Assembly (NCBI GenBank): GCA_023459795.1
Contig: JAEWSP010000001.1
Coordinates: 17,242-81,241 of the forward strand
Direction of reading: 5' to 3'
DNA length: 64,000 nucleotides
DNA from: Bacillota bacterium
GTDB lineage: Bacteria > Bacillota_I > Bacilli_A > RFN20 > CAG-288
The position numbers and the translations under genes were made by a program. Every line of letters starts with the position of its first letter. Position 1 is the stretch's first letter. A model generated the notes under the pieces. That model saw only the letters and a program-made list of their open reading frames with translations. It did not search any database and was not told the DNA's origin. Below, piece by piece: positions 1 through 10,125 of this stretch.

Positions 1-3000
1 CCTGGAAAAGCTTCTTCTTCTCCAGGAACTTGTCATTGGTCCAGGAGATCGTCCAGATATGGTACAGGTTCCATCCGATCGAAGTCAGGAACTCGTTCCG
101 GATCCTATCCCTGTCCCTGGCCGTCCTTGTACGGGCATAGTCCTGTCCGTCGAAGAGGATTCCAAGAGCATAGCCATCCGGATAGTCCGGAGAGGATACG
201 GCAAGACCGATCTTGAAGGAGGAGACACCGAGATGGGTAACGACCTTGTATCCCATAGACTCCAGCGTATCCTTCACTTCCGTCTCGATCCCGGTAAGCC
301 GGTCCTGGTTCAGAAGCCCGGTCGGATCTTCTTCCATAGGAAGCTCCTTGGTCTTGCTGTAGGAGATATAGTCCTTCAGCATCTTCAGTCCCTTGGAGGA
401 TGTTTCCTCTATCCTGAAGTCTCCGGGAAGCAAAGAACCGACAAGCTTCAGGTTGTACTTGGCACGGGTGATAGCGACATTGAGTCTCCGATAGCCGCCC
501 TCTCCGTTAAGAGGACCGAAGTTCATGGAAAGATGACCTTCGCTGTCCCTGGCATAGCCGATGCTGAGAAGGATCGTATCCCTCTCATCTCCCTGGACGT
601 TCTCCAGGTTCTTGACGAAGAAGGAAGAGGAACGGGAATCCTCGTTCGTCGCTTCCTCATAGAGGGAACGGCTGTCTGCAGGGAGAAGACGGATCTTGTA
701 GGCGATGGCATAGCGGATGCATTCCTGCTGCGGGACACCGAAGGCGATAACGCCAAGGGTCCTGGTGAAATGACCCAAAACGGCCTTCCCGTCCTCCATA
801 GTTGCAGGAACGTAATACTTGCGGATATGATCGATAACCAGAGAGGCTATAAGAAGTGCTTCCGGAAGGTTTCCCTTCTCCTTGCTCTTCCTGGTCCTTC
901 CCTTGCCATTGACGACAGGATAGGTATCGTATACGCCGTCCTTGCAGTACAGATAAGGATCCAGTCCGAAGTCTTCGTCCTTGGTCTTGTTGCCGGGGAA
1001 GGTGATAAGCCTGTTCTTGTAGATATAGGAGTTGGAGAAGGAGATCAGGGACTCATCCCTGGAACGGTAATGCCAGCGGAGCATCTTCTGGGGAAGCCCC
1101 TGGGCAAGTGCCAGGATGGAATCGAATCCATCGATTGCATCGTTCTCCTTATAGTCGTCGTCTCCGGAAAGAAGGATCTGATAGAACGAAGTCGGAGGAA
1201 GCTGCTCCATATCGCCGGCGATGATGACCTGCTTTCCCCTGTAGATAGCGCCTAGCGCGCTCTCCGGAAGGACCTGGGAGGCTTCATCGAAGATGACGGT
1301 GTCGAACTGGAAGACGTCGCTCTCCAGGAACATGCTGACCGTAAGAGGAGACATCATAAGGCAGGGCTTCAGGGTAAGGAGAAGATGCGGTACGGAAAGG
1401 AAAAGCTTCCTAGTCGAAAGAAGCTTCCGCTTCTTGACGCTCTCCTTCTTCAGAACAGAGGCTTCCTCCTGCCCTACGGCATCCTTGTAGCTAGGCAGGG
1501 AGTTCAGGAGCTTGATGAAAATCCTTCTTCGGGCAATCTCCAGCTGCTTCCGGTCAAGGGCCAGGAACCTCCTTACGGAGGCTTCTTCTCCCTCCCTGGT
1601 GAATTCCCGTAGGACCGGAACCGGTTTTGCCATCCTCTTCATCCAGGAATAGTAGTAGGCCTTGAGGAAGACATCGCCGATAGAAGTCAGCGGCGTCCTC
1701 TCTCCCTCTGCTTCGATGATGAAAGGAAGGATTCCTTCCTCCTTCATCTTCTGCCGGCAGGCAATCAGGGAGAAGAGATGATCAAGGTCTTCGAAATGGT
1801 CGTGATAAGTCTCCATCTGCTTGCTGATGACCTCCAGCGGCGTAGAGGAAAAGTCGATCTTGTTGAACAGGGAGAAGTCTGCGGCCGTCGTCTTCATCTC
1901 GTCGATAGCCATCTTGTGGCTTTCCAGAAGATGCACCATTGCTTCCAAGGAGAGAAGATCGAACTCCTTATCGGAAAGCTTGGCCGTGAAGTCTCTCCAC
2001 AGATAGCTGTCCGGAACCTTTGCCTGGTAGTCTTTCGCCCACTTGGCTTTCTCCACATAATCCTTGAAGTCGATCCCGTATCCGGAAAGATCGAGGCCGT
2101 ATCCTTCCTTCAGGGCACGGAGGAATTCCTCGTTCCGGAAGTCGATCTCGTTTAGGTCCTTGACGTCCTGAAGGATTGCCGTATCGAGATCGTATTCCCG
2201 GAAAAGGAAAGGCAGGGAAGAAAGATCGGTCAAAGAATCAACAGCAAATCCGTATGTATCGGATAGAAGTTTGCTGTTCTTGCCGAAGTAGTCCTTGGCT
2301 TCATGGACACGGTCTAGTGCCTCAAAGACAGCAAGGCTGTCCTTGTAGCCTGGCTTGATGGAACCCAAACGGAGGTAGGAAAGAAGCCGTTTCTTGTCCC
2401 GATGGTAGTTCCCGTTGAAGCATCGGCCAAGAGGATTCCGGTAGGCATTCCTGTAAGCCCACATCATCTCCTTGTAGTCGAGATCCAGGATCTTCTTGTC
2501 GTATCCGGCAAGAGGCCCCTTAAGGGCTTCCTGGTATTTTCTCTGGTTCTGGATAACCTGAGGGAGAAGTTCTTCTGCCTGCTTCCTGAGATTGGCATTT
2601 TTATAGAACAAGGAAAGAGTGTTATTTGCTGCAAGTCTTCCTTCCACACTATCTCCATACCCCTTTACGGATACGGAAGAGGCAAGATCGACTTCCTTAA
2701 GGGGAGGATAGTCTTTCAGGTCTTTGCTTGCTGCAGATACATCCGCAATGATCTTTTCTTTTCTCTGTCCGTAGAAAAGCTCCCGGGCATCACTTCCGCT
2801 TAGGATCTTCGGGAAGTCCCCGATCTTCTGGAGGAACAGCCAGCCCTTCGGGACATCCGGATAGGTCAAGGCAAAGGAGAGGAAAGGCAGTACCTTTTCC
2901 ATGTCCTCTTCTGAGTAGAGCATCGGGATTCCGAAGAAGGAAAGGCTCTTCAGATCATGCAAGGCGTCTTCGACTTCGCTTCCGGATGTCGTAACGAACT

Positions 3001-4561
3001 TCTTGAAGACGGCAACCAGATCCTTGTTCCGGAAATCCGTCCGGTTCTCATACCAGTAGTTCTGGCTGATCTCGGAAAGGTCCGCTTGGAAGAAAGAACT
3101 GTAGGTAACGACCTCTTCCTTCTTCCGCCGGATATCTTCTTCCTTGTCGTATTCGAGGTCGGTGATGTTTGCCTGGATCGTATCTACCTTCTCCATCCCG
3201 GAAAGAATATTGGCGACATCAAACAAAGATTTTCCTAGCGGCTTCTGCTTCCTATGGAGCTCTTCTGCATAGGTATCGATCTCGTCCCTTTTCAGCTTCA
3301 GGTTCTTCAGGTCTTCTTCGTCTTCTTCCGGCAAAGAGTAGGAAGAAGAAGCAAGATCCAAAGTCTTCATCAGAGAGTCGACGACTTCCGTCCTTGTCGT
3401 CTTGTCGGAGTGGAGGTTCAGGATAAAGGGACCTAATCCGGACTCTTTGAGTCTTGTGCTGACTACATCTAGGGCTGCCTGCTTCTGGGCAACGAAAAGA
3501 ACCTTCTTGCCGTCGGCAATGCTTTCCGCGATGATGTTCGTGATGGTCTGGGACTTTCCGGTTCCCGGAGGCCCCTGAAGGACAAAGGATTTTCCGGCCC
3601 TGGCATAGGCAAGAGCATCCATCTGGCTGGAATCCGCATCGACGATCTCATAAAGGTTCTTGGGATCTGCCGTCTTGTCGAAGTCGATATCCTGCAAGGA
3701 ACTATCGTCCAAAGTGCAGTTTGCCGTGTTTACAAGGAGATCCGATAGGACCGGATTCTCCATCATCTTCTTCTTTTGAAGAATGGAGTCTTCGTACATC
3801 GCCATGTTCTGGAAAGGCAGCACGGAGATTTCCATGACCTTCTCCAAAGCAAACCCGTTCGAAGAAATCAGTTTTTCTACCTTTTCCAGGTATTCCGCAA
3901 GCCCGTCTTTTGCATCATCAAAAAGAGGCAGGTCGATTCCGAAGCTCTTCCGGAATTTGAAGGCAAGGGTCGGGTTGAGGAGGATATCGTTCTCGTCTTT
4001 GGCAATATGGTAAGAAGACCCGCTTCCGTTCCTCTTGATTTCAATCGGAACAAGAAGCAAGGGGGCAGCAAGCGGAACAAGGATCTTCTTCCCGTCTGCA
4101 TCCGTTCTGTAGACCGGGTTGTCCGGATCGTTGAACCTGACGAAACCGAAGGAAGCAAAAAGGATATGCAGTCCGGTTTCGGACTCATAGTTCCGATTCT
4201 TTCCCCGCAGGTTCTGAAGGACACGGTTCGTATCGGAAATCTTCTTCTCGGTCCTGAACTCCCCGCTTGGAATAGAAGGGAAGGTCTTAGGTTCTTCGTG
4301 GATTGCCAAAGAGAAGAAGGACTCTTCCCCTTTTGCCATGACAGCAAAAGTCTCTTCGTCTTCTCCGCCTGCCGGATAGGTGTATTCCAGCCCTTTCTCG
4401 ACGAGTCTGTTATAAAAAGCAATAAGTCCAGGATTGGTTATCCGGAGAGTGGAGCTGCCTCTTTCCTTGAAGGCGAGAAGAGGATTTCTCAGAGACAAAT
4501 CGAAAAGCCTTTTGGAGAGGTCGTCTAAGCTGTCGGACAGCTGTTTTTCTTTTTCTTCCAT
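1..4561 (-). CDS. Giant SF1 (Upf1-like) helicase with a DUF4011-like N-terminus and a C-terminal restriction-endonuclease-like (DUF559/Vsr-like) module. The 3' end runs off the window (at least 1520 codons).
   Basis: Open minus-strand frame from ATG 4561 (AGGAG at 4568-4572, 6-nt spacer) to the window edge. It is absent from the ORF track because there is no in-window stop. Hand translation gives MEEKEKQLSDSLDDLSKRLFDLSLRNPLLAFKERG at the start. Walker A GPPGTGKS lies at 3551-3574, motif II FDTVIFDEASQV at 1271-1306, and the last residues RNEFLTSIGWNLYHIWTISWTNDKFLEKKKLFQ at 2-100. Confidence 0.85.
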   Translation of the reverse strand, partial: MEEKEKQLSDSLDDLSKRLFDLSLRNPLLAFKERGSSTLRITNPGLIAFYNRLVEKGLEYTYPAGGEDEETFAVMAKGEESFFSLAIHEEPKTFPSIPSGEFRTEKKISDTNRVLQNLRGKNRNYESETGLHILFASFGFVRFNDPDNPVYRTDADGKKILVPLAAPLLLVPIEIKRNGSGSSYHIAKDENDILLNPTLAFKFRKSFGIDLPLFDDAKDGLAEYLEKVEKLISSNGFALEKVMEISVLPFQNMAMYEDSILQKKKMMENPVLSDLLVNTANCTLDDSSLQDIDFDKTADPKNLYEIVDADSSQMDALAYARAGKSFVLQGPPGTGKSQTITNIIAESIADGKKVLFVAQKQAALDVVSTRLKESGLGPFILNLHSDKTTRTEVVDSLMKTLDLASSSYSLPEEDEEDLKNLKLKRDEIDTYAEELHRKQKPLGKSLFDVANILSGMEKVDTIQANITDLEYDKEEDIRRKKEEVVTYSSFFQADLSEISQNYWYENRTDFRNKDLVAVFKKFVTTSGSEVEDALHDLKSLSFFGIPMLYSEEDMEKVLPFLSFALTYPDVPKGWLFLQKIGDFPKILSGSDARELFYGQRKEKIIADVSAASKDLKDYPPLKEVDLASSVSVKGYGDSVEGRLAANNTLSLFYKNANLRKQAEELLPQVIQNQRKYQEALKGPLAGYDKKILDLDYKEMMWAYRNAYRNPLGRCFNGNYHRDKKRLLSYLRLGSIKPGYKDSLAVFEALDRVHEAKDYFGKNSKLLSDTYGFAVDSLTDLSSLPFLFREYDLDTAILQDVKDLNEIDFRNEEFLRALKEGYGLDLSGYGIDFKDYVEKAKWAKDYQAKVPDSYLWRDFTAKLSDKEFDLLSLEAMVHLLESHKMAIDEMKTTAADFSLFNKIDFSSTPLEVISKQMETYHDHFEDLDHLFSLIACRQKMKEEGILPFIIEAEGERTPLTSIGDVFLKAYYYSWMKRMAKPVPVLREFTREGEEASVRRFLALDRKQLEIARRRIFIKLLNSLPSYKDAVGQEEASVLKKESVKKRKLLSTRKLFLSVPHLLLTLKPCLMMSPLTVSMFLESDVFQFDTVIFDEASQVLPESALGAIYRGKQVIIAGDMEQLPPTSFYQILLSGDDDYKENDAIDGFDSILALAQGLPQKMLRWHYRSRDESLISFSNSYIYKNRLITFPGNKTKDEDFGLDPYLYCKDGVYDTYPVVNGKGRTRKSKEKGNLPEALLIASLVIDHIRKYYVPATMEDGKAVLGHFTRTLGVIAFGVPQQECIRYAIAYKIRLLPADSRSLYEEATNEDSRSSSFFVKNLENVQGDERDTILLSIGYARDSEGHLSMNFGPLNGEGGYRRLNVAITRAKYNLKLVGSLLPGDFRIEETSSKGLKMLKDYISYSKTKELPMEEDPTGLLNQDRLTGIETEVKDTLESMGYKVVTHLGVSSFKIGLAVSSPDYPDGYALGILFDGQDYARTRTARDRDRIRNEFLTSIGWNLYHIWTISWTNDKFLEKKKLFQ

Positions 4562-4805
4562 AGCGCACTCCTGCTAAGGATATTATACGGGAAAGAGGGG
4601 GAGAATAAAGGGGTAAGGTTCCTTTTCGAAAGAGGTTCTGCTTCTCTCGGCGGGAAAGGAATGGAGACAGGCTGGATTTAATATAGAGAAGATAAGGAAG
4701 AGAAAAAAAGGAGTTCTAACAATTATCTACCAGCTTATTATAAGCGCTTACTTAGGATTTGTTCATTTTTGAAAACTATACTAGCAATATCAGCGAGGAA
4801 ATATT

Positions 4806-5315
4806 ATGAAAAAAAGATTGGTTGCTCTTCTTATACCTTTATTTTTTTGCAGTTCTTTGGCCAGGCCTCTTTCTTTTACCTTTTCCAAGGAAGAAGTAAA
4901 TGGGCAGAATAATACTAGTATTCGTCGCATTACGTCTCATATAGATAGTAATTCCAAAAACGGCATTGCCTTACGAAACGAAGAAGCAGAAATAGACTGC
5001 CTTTCTTTAAAAGGAAAGCAGATTAATAAAAACCAATCGTATGAGTATGGTTTTAAAGAAGGGGCGATGGGCCATGAATTCGACTATACAGTAAACAAAA
5101 TAACCAAAATGAATGGTCAGTATTGCCCAGATGGGTATGCTGTTGCTTTCGGATTAACGGGGACCTTCTATAGGTGGTGGGGAAAATACCTTACGAGAGG
5201 AACTCAGCCAAACAATCAGGCACGTATCGTAATTGCTAACGAAAGCGAAATGGCTGTCGGTTTCGTACTCCATGCAATAGGGGACAGCGAGACTTCCTAC
5301 TATTTATCGATTTAG
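4806..5315 (+). CDS. Small secreted protein or lipoprotein-like protein of unknown function (169 aa)
   Basis: N-terminal signal-like MKKRLVALLIPLFFCSSLA. GAGGAA RBS before the ATG. Visibly more AT-rich than its neighbours and uses TTA codons that are avoided elsewhere. The stop lies 5 nt before the next gene. No recognisable family. Confidence 0.65.
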   Translation: MKKRLVALLIPLFFCSSLARPLSFTFSKEEVNGQNNTSIRRITSHIDSNSKNGIALRNEEAEIDCLSLKGKQINKNQSYEYGFKEGAMGHEFDYTVNKITKMNGQYCPDGYAVAFGLTGTFYRWWGKYLTRGTQPNNQARIVIANESEMAVGFVLHAIGDSETSYYLSI

Positions 5316-5320
5316 GAATA

Positions 5321-7505
5321 ATGATATCCATTCATAATCTGTCCTTCCATTATCCGCGGATCGACGAAGAGGTATTATCGGATGTATCCTTCGATGTCCC
5401 GAACCATTCCCTGACAATCCTCGAAGGTCCTAGCGGCTGTGGAAAAACAACCCTGATAAACCTCCTCCGAGGAGAACTCGCTCCTCTTCAGGGAAAGATT
5501 GAAATTGATAGAACAAGTCTCTTCTATGGAGATTCAGAATGCTCGAATAATGGCATTCTTTCTGTACTTGACAACCTTTTGTTGGAGACAAAAGACCTGG
5601 AAGCAATAAACGATGTTCTTCAGGAAGTCGGACTTTCCGGTGAGAAGAAGACATTGGCTGCTGACTTGTCGAAAGGAGAGAAGGCAAGACTGATGCTTGC
5701 CCGAGTCCTGATTCTCAAACCGAAAACCGTCCTTCCTCGATGAGCCAAGCGCAAATCTCGATCCTTCCTCGACAAAGATGGCTTATTGTCTCCTGACAAA
5801 ACTGTCTAAGACTTCCTCCATCCTTGTGGCAACTCACGATCCGGCCGCGCTTTGCTATGCAAACCAGATCATCTCTTTGAAAAACGGGGTCTCCTATGTG
5901 AAAGCCGGAAAAGAAGCAGAGGATACGGAGGAAGAACCAGCTAGGGTTCCTCTTCCTTCCCATAAGGCTTATCTAAAACTTGGCCTGAAACGTTTCTTCC
6001 ATTATCCAGTAATCGGAGCCTTCCGGCTTCTGGGGCTTGCCATGATGCTGATTTGTTCTTTCTTGCCTTTTGCAATGGGCTCCGTAGACAAGAATGCCAC
6101 CTATTCTTCTGCCATCGACAAACTAGACGGCCTTTATCAATGCCAGGATACAAACCTAGAAGATTCTCCTTCTTCCACCCAGATCCGGAAAAGTTACCCT
6201 GCGGGAGATGCTGTTCCCTGTGTATCGTTCCTCCAATATAAATTTGCCTTCCTGGAAGATGTAAAGGAATGGATTCCTCAAGACATCGATGAAGTATACC
6301 AGAAGAAAGAGTACTATTCTGCAGATTGCTTCCCCGTTTTTTGGAATAGCAAGATCAATTATGATAACGTTCGTTTCAGCAACGATGACAGCAAAAAGAA
6401 AGAAATCCGGGAAGGGGACTACCTAAACAAAGATCTTCCCCTTGTGGTATCCGGCTTCTTTGATTTCAAAACGGAAGTCGAAGATGAACAGATCCAGGCT
6501 GTCATTCCGAAGAAGGACTACCTTTCTTTTTTTAAAGCGGAAGGCATCCGTTACTCTGGTTTCAGCGATCTCTTCGGAGATTTCATAAGCAACTACAAAG
6601 GTTTACATTCCTATTCGCACGACTACTTTGGATTTTCCCCGATTATTCTTTCGGCAACGATGGCAGGGCTTACTGATGAAGAACAAGAAGATTGGTTCCC
6701 GGATGAAAAAAACATCTACATCAACAACAGGTTCTTCTTCGCCTGGCTTTCGGAACTGAAAGAAGCAAAAGACCCTTATCTTTCCGGGTCCCTCTTTTCC
6801 TGTTCGGAGGATTCTTCCGGGTCGGACCGTTTTACTTTCTCTTCCAGCTTTTCCGAATTGGGATTAGGAAAAGTGACGTTGAATCTCGCTGGAGCCATCG
6901 ATCTGCAGGGCGATAACTATGCTTTGGTCAGCAATGATTTCTTTGCCGAGCTCCTGGCCTCGCCATATGTACAAGGAGAAAAAGCACAATCCTTTTTCCT
7001 GACCTCAAGGTATCTGAAAACACAGAAAAGCAGGATTCTGGACTCTTCCCTTAAAATCGGCTCGGACCTGGTTTCCGTGCAGTGCCCATTGGCTCTTGAA
7101 AACAGCAAGACGATGACAAGGTTCCTGCTCATTCTTTCGGGCATCCTTGCAGGAATCCTCGTTCTGCTCTCCCTCCTGTTCGGCGTCCGTTCCAGGGAAG
7201 AATTCCGAAAAGACGCTTTAGCCTTCAAAGAGTGGGGAATACCAAAGAAATACCCTCTTCTTTCTGATCTTTCCCTTTCTTTGACAGCCGTTCTTCTTCC
7301 TCTTCTCATAAGCCTCCTTCTCTCTCCGTCCCTAGCCCGGGTAATCGGGCATATTGAGGCGGCAAGCCAGTCGTTCGCCGGTTTGCTTTGCTATTCCCTG
7401 ACCAGGAGTTTCTTATTTACCCCTCTCCTTGCACTTGCCGTCTTCGTTCTCCTCTTCGTTTGGAATCTGCCCCGGGAGAGTAAAAATGGTATTATCCGGA
7501 AATAA
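5321..7505 (+). pseudogene. Fused ABC ATPase and FtsX-like (MacB-type) permease with a large extracytoplasmic domain, interrupted by a 1-nt frameshift in Walker B (pseudogene or sequencing error)
   Basis: Walker A GPSGCGKTT and C-loop-like LSKGEKAR. The frame breaks near 5735: ...KPKTVL then one extra base then LDEPSANLD...VATHD, continuing into ORF 5778..7505. The C-terminal part has TM1, about 360 aa of loop, then three TM with an FxxEF/KxWG FtsX-like cytoplasmic motif (SREEFRKDALAFKEWGIPKK). Confidence 0.65.
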
Positions 7506-8772
7506 CCTTTGCAAATCCTTCCAGGGGAAGGCAGTAATCAAGGATATGGATCTTTCCCTAAGCGAGGGAAAGGTCCATATCCTAGAAGGAAAATCGGGAT
7601 GCGGAAAAAGCACTCTGATGACTTTGCTAGGTCTTTTGGATTCTCTGGATAAAGGAACCATTTTTCTGGACGGAAAACAGCTTTCCGGTCTCGGTTCCAA
7701 AGAGACAGAAGAAAAAAGAAGCCGGAACTTCTCCTTCCTCAGCCAGGATGACAACCTGGTGGAATACCTGAGTCTCGAGAACAACCTTTTTCTTGTCACG
7801 AAGGACCGAAAGAAAATCCAGGAAGGGGCTTCCCGGCTGGAGATTTCTTCCCTGCTTCAGAAGCCTGTTTCAGAGCTGTCGCGGGGAGAAAAGGCTAGAG
7901 GATCTATTCTACGGGCGATTCTAGAAGACAAGCCGATCCTATTCCTGGATGAACCGACTGCCCATCTCGATACAAGGCGTTCCAAGATTGTTTATCAATG
8001 GCTTCAGGAGCTTTCCTCAACCCGCCTCCTCTTGGTTATTTCCCACGATATTAGGGAGAAGTGCCCGGAATACATAGGCAGTCCTTCCTTCTCGTTTCTC
8101 CGGATGAAGGATGGGGTTCTTCTGGAAGGAAAGGATCCGGAAAGTACGGTCCTTCTTCCACAAGGAAGAAGACCCGATCGGATTCCTTTTTCTTCGGTTC
8201 TTCGGATTTCTTCCCACTCCCTGATCTCCCATGCCCTGAAAAGTTCTGCTTTCTTTCTTCTATCCTTGGTTCTTCCCTATTTCATCCTGACTTTCTTCTC
8301 TTTCAGCATTTTCCAGACGACGGAAGGGGCAAACAGCTCCCTGCAGTGGATCTGCGACGGGAGAAAATACTGGATTCTGGTCACCGTACTGCTTTCCCTT
8401 CTCAGTCTCGGCCTTTCCTTTTTCTTCTTCTTTGATGACCGAAAGGAGAAGGCAAAGGAATATACCCTCTTCTCTCTCCTCGGATTCGGAAGCAGAACAT
8501 CCAGGAGCATAAGCCTCTTCTCCTACCTTCTTCTAATCGTACCGGCAGAGATTATCTCCCTCCTTTTCTTCTTTCTAGGAAGAAACGGGGAGAACCAGGT
8601 GATTTCCGGAATCCCGGATGCAAAGGAGAGTCTTGCCCTGATTTCCCTTACTCCTTATGATGTCCTTCTTTCTATCCTCCTCTTTGTTGCCTTGCCACTC
8701 CTTCTCCTATTCCTTTCCTTCCTCCGTTCCCCGCTTTCCCTTGCCGACCAGATGAAGAAGGACGAAGAATAG
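7486..8772 (+). CDS. Fused ABC ATPase and FtsX-like permease (MacB-type, short external loop)
   Basis: ATG at 7486 (MVLSGNNL...) overlaps the upstream stop by 20 nt. Motifs are Walker A GKSGCGKST, LSRGEKAR, Walker B LFLDEP and H-loop ISHD. Four C-terminal TM segments carry an FtsX-like motif (DRKEKAKEYTLFSLLGFGSR). Confidence 0.8.
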   Translation: MVLSGNNLCKSFQGKAVIKDMDLSLSEGKVHILEGKSGCGKSTLMTLLGLLDSLDKGTIFLDGKQLSGLGSKETEEKRSRNFSFLSQDDNLVEYLSLENNLFLVTKDRKKIQEGASRLEISSLLQKPVSELSRGEKARGSILRAILEDKPILFLDEPTAHLDTRRSKIVYQWLQELSSTRLLLVISHDIREKCPEYIGSPSFSFLRMKDGVLLEGKDPESTVLLPQGRRPDRIPFSSVLRISSHSLISHALKSSAFFLLSLVLPYFILTFFSFSIFQTTEGANSSLQWICDGRKYWILVTVLLSLLSLGLSFFFFFDDRKEKAKEYTLFSLLGFGSRTSRSISLFSYLLLIVPAEIISLLFFFLGRNGENQVISGIPDAKESLALISLTPYDVLLSILLFVALPLLLLFLSFLRSPLSLADQMKKDEE

Positions 8773-8928
8773 CCTCTTCTTTGCTTTCCTGTTTTGCTAT
8801 CGCTACAATAGAGGGCAATCCAAGAGCCTTGCGGAAAGAATCCATTCTTTTCCAAAGCCCTTCTTGTCTTCCAAAGGAAACAGAGAAGCACGGCTTTCTA
8901 ATCCGGAAGCCCAGGAAAGGAAACACGT

Positions 8929-9960
8929 ATGCAGATCTTGATCATCGGCGGAACAGGTACGATATCGGAAGCCGTGACGAAAAACCTCCTGGCAAAAGAG
9001 GGCAACGTCCTCTATCTCCTCAACCGGGGAAACCGGAAAATGGGAGAGGTTTTCCCTTCCTGCCCTAACCTCCACTGGATCGAAGGGGATATCCATAACG
9101 AAGACAAAATCGCAGAAGCTGTAAAATACCTCGAGTTCGATGTCGTCATCGAATTCGTCGCCTTCCGGAAGGAAGATGCGGAGCGGGATTTCCGTCTCTT
9201 CCGGGGAAAAACGAAGCAGTACCTCTTCCTGAGTTCTGCATCCGTTTATGACAAGTCTTCCTCCTTCCCGATCCGAGAGGATACTGCCCAGGACAATCCC
9301 TACTGGGCTTACAGCAGGGAAAAGCAGAATGCCGAGAAGTATCTCCTGGAACGTTTCCGTCTCGACCATTTCCCGGTCACGATCGTAAGGCCGAGCCATA
9401 CCTACGACGAGAAGAAAATTCCTGTCGCCATCCACGGCCAGGAAGGATCCTACTCTGTCGTCGAACGGATCCAGGAAGAGAAGCCTGTCCTCCTCCCGGG
9501 AGACGGATCGACTTTGTGGACTCTGACCTACAGTGCGGACTTCGCTGCCTATTTCTCCTTCCTGGTCGGAAATCCGGAAGCTGTCGGAGAAACCTACCAG
9601 ATCATGTCGGACGAAAGACTGACCTGGCTTGAGATCTACACCACGATTGCCAGGACTCTCCGGGTGAAGCTCCATCCCTATTTCGTTTCCTCTTATTACC
9701 TTGCGGAAGTCGGGAAGAAGAGAGGATATGATTTTGAAGGAACCCTGCTAGGAGACAAGAAGGATAACGGGGTGTTCGATACAACGAAGATCAAGAACCT
9801 CGCCAAGGAGCCTCTTCCCTTCGTTCTTTTCTCCGAAGGGGTCAGGAGATGCCTGAACTATATTGCCTCCCACAAGGAATGCCAAACTCCGGATCCGGAT
9901 TTCGACTTCTTTACGGAGCGGGTAATCCTAGCGCTGGAGGACAGCAAGAAACACATCTAG
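8929..9960 (+). CDS. NAD-dependent epimerase/dehydratase family (extended SDR) protein
   Basis: N-terminal Rossmann motif MQILIIGGTGTIS. Length and overall pattern are typical of SDR epimerases. The antisense ORF 8803..9675 is a shadow. Confidence 0.8.
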   Translation: MQILIIGGTGTISEAVTKNLLAKEGNVLYLLNRGNRKMGEVFPSCPNLHWIEGDIHNEDKIAEAVKYLEFDVVIEFVAFRKEDAERDFRLFRGKTKQYLFLSSASVYDKSSSFPIREDTAQDNPYWAYSREKQNAEKYLLERFRLDHFPVTIVRPSHTYDEKKIPVAIHGQEGSYSVVERIQEEKPVLLPGDGSTLWTLTYSADFAAYFSFLVGNPEAVGETYQIMSDERLTWLEIYTTIARTLRVKLHPYFVSSYYLAEVGKKRGYDFEGTLLGDKKDNGVFDTTKIKNLAKEPLPFVLFSEGVRRCLNYIASHKECQTPDPDFDFFTERVILALEDSKKHI

Positions 9961-9972
9961 GAAGAATGTCGG

Positions 9973-10003
9973 AAACCGCTTTCGCAGGAAGCGGTTTTTT
10001 TCT
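9973..10003 (+). terminator. Rho-independent terminator after the epimerase gene
   Basis: Stem AAACCGCTT / AAGCGGTTT (9974-9982 and 9989-9997) followed by a T-run. Confidence 0.7.
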
Positions 10004-10125
10004 TTTCCTTCCCGGTCTTCCCGGTTCTATCTGCTTCTTGCCGGAGAAAGAGGGAAAGGAGGAAAAAAGAGATTTTCTCCTTTTCGTCTTTCCTCTATCC
10101 CCCTTCGTTCCTCTTCTTTAAGCTA

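Noticed and set aside
59-4528. Plus-strand ORFs 59..1255 (398 aa), 1778..2155, 2402..2803, 3776..4528 and others
   Set aside because: All lie antisense to the continuous 1520-codon helicase frame, which carries canonical Walker A and DEASQ motifs. Their translations are low-complexity with no motifs. The longest one is in the codon-aligned antisense register, which stays open because the sense gene lacks TTA, CTA and TCA codons.
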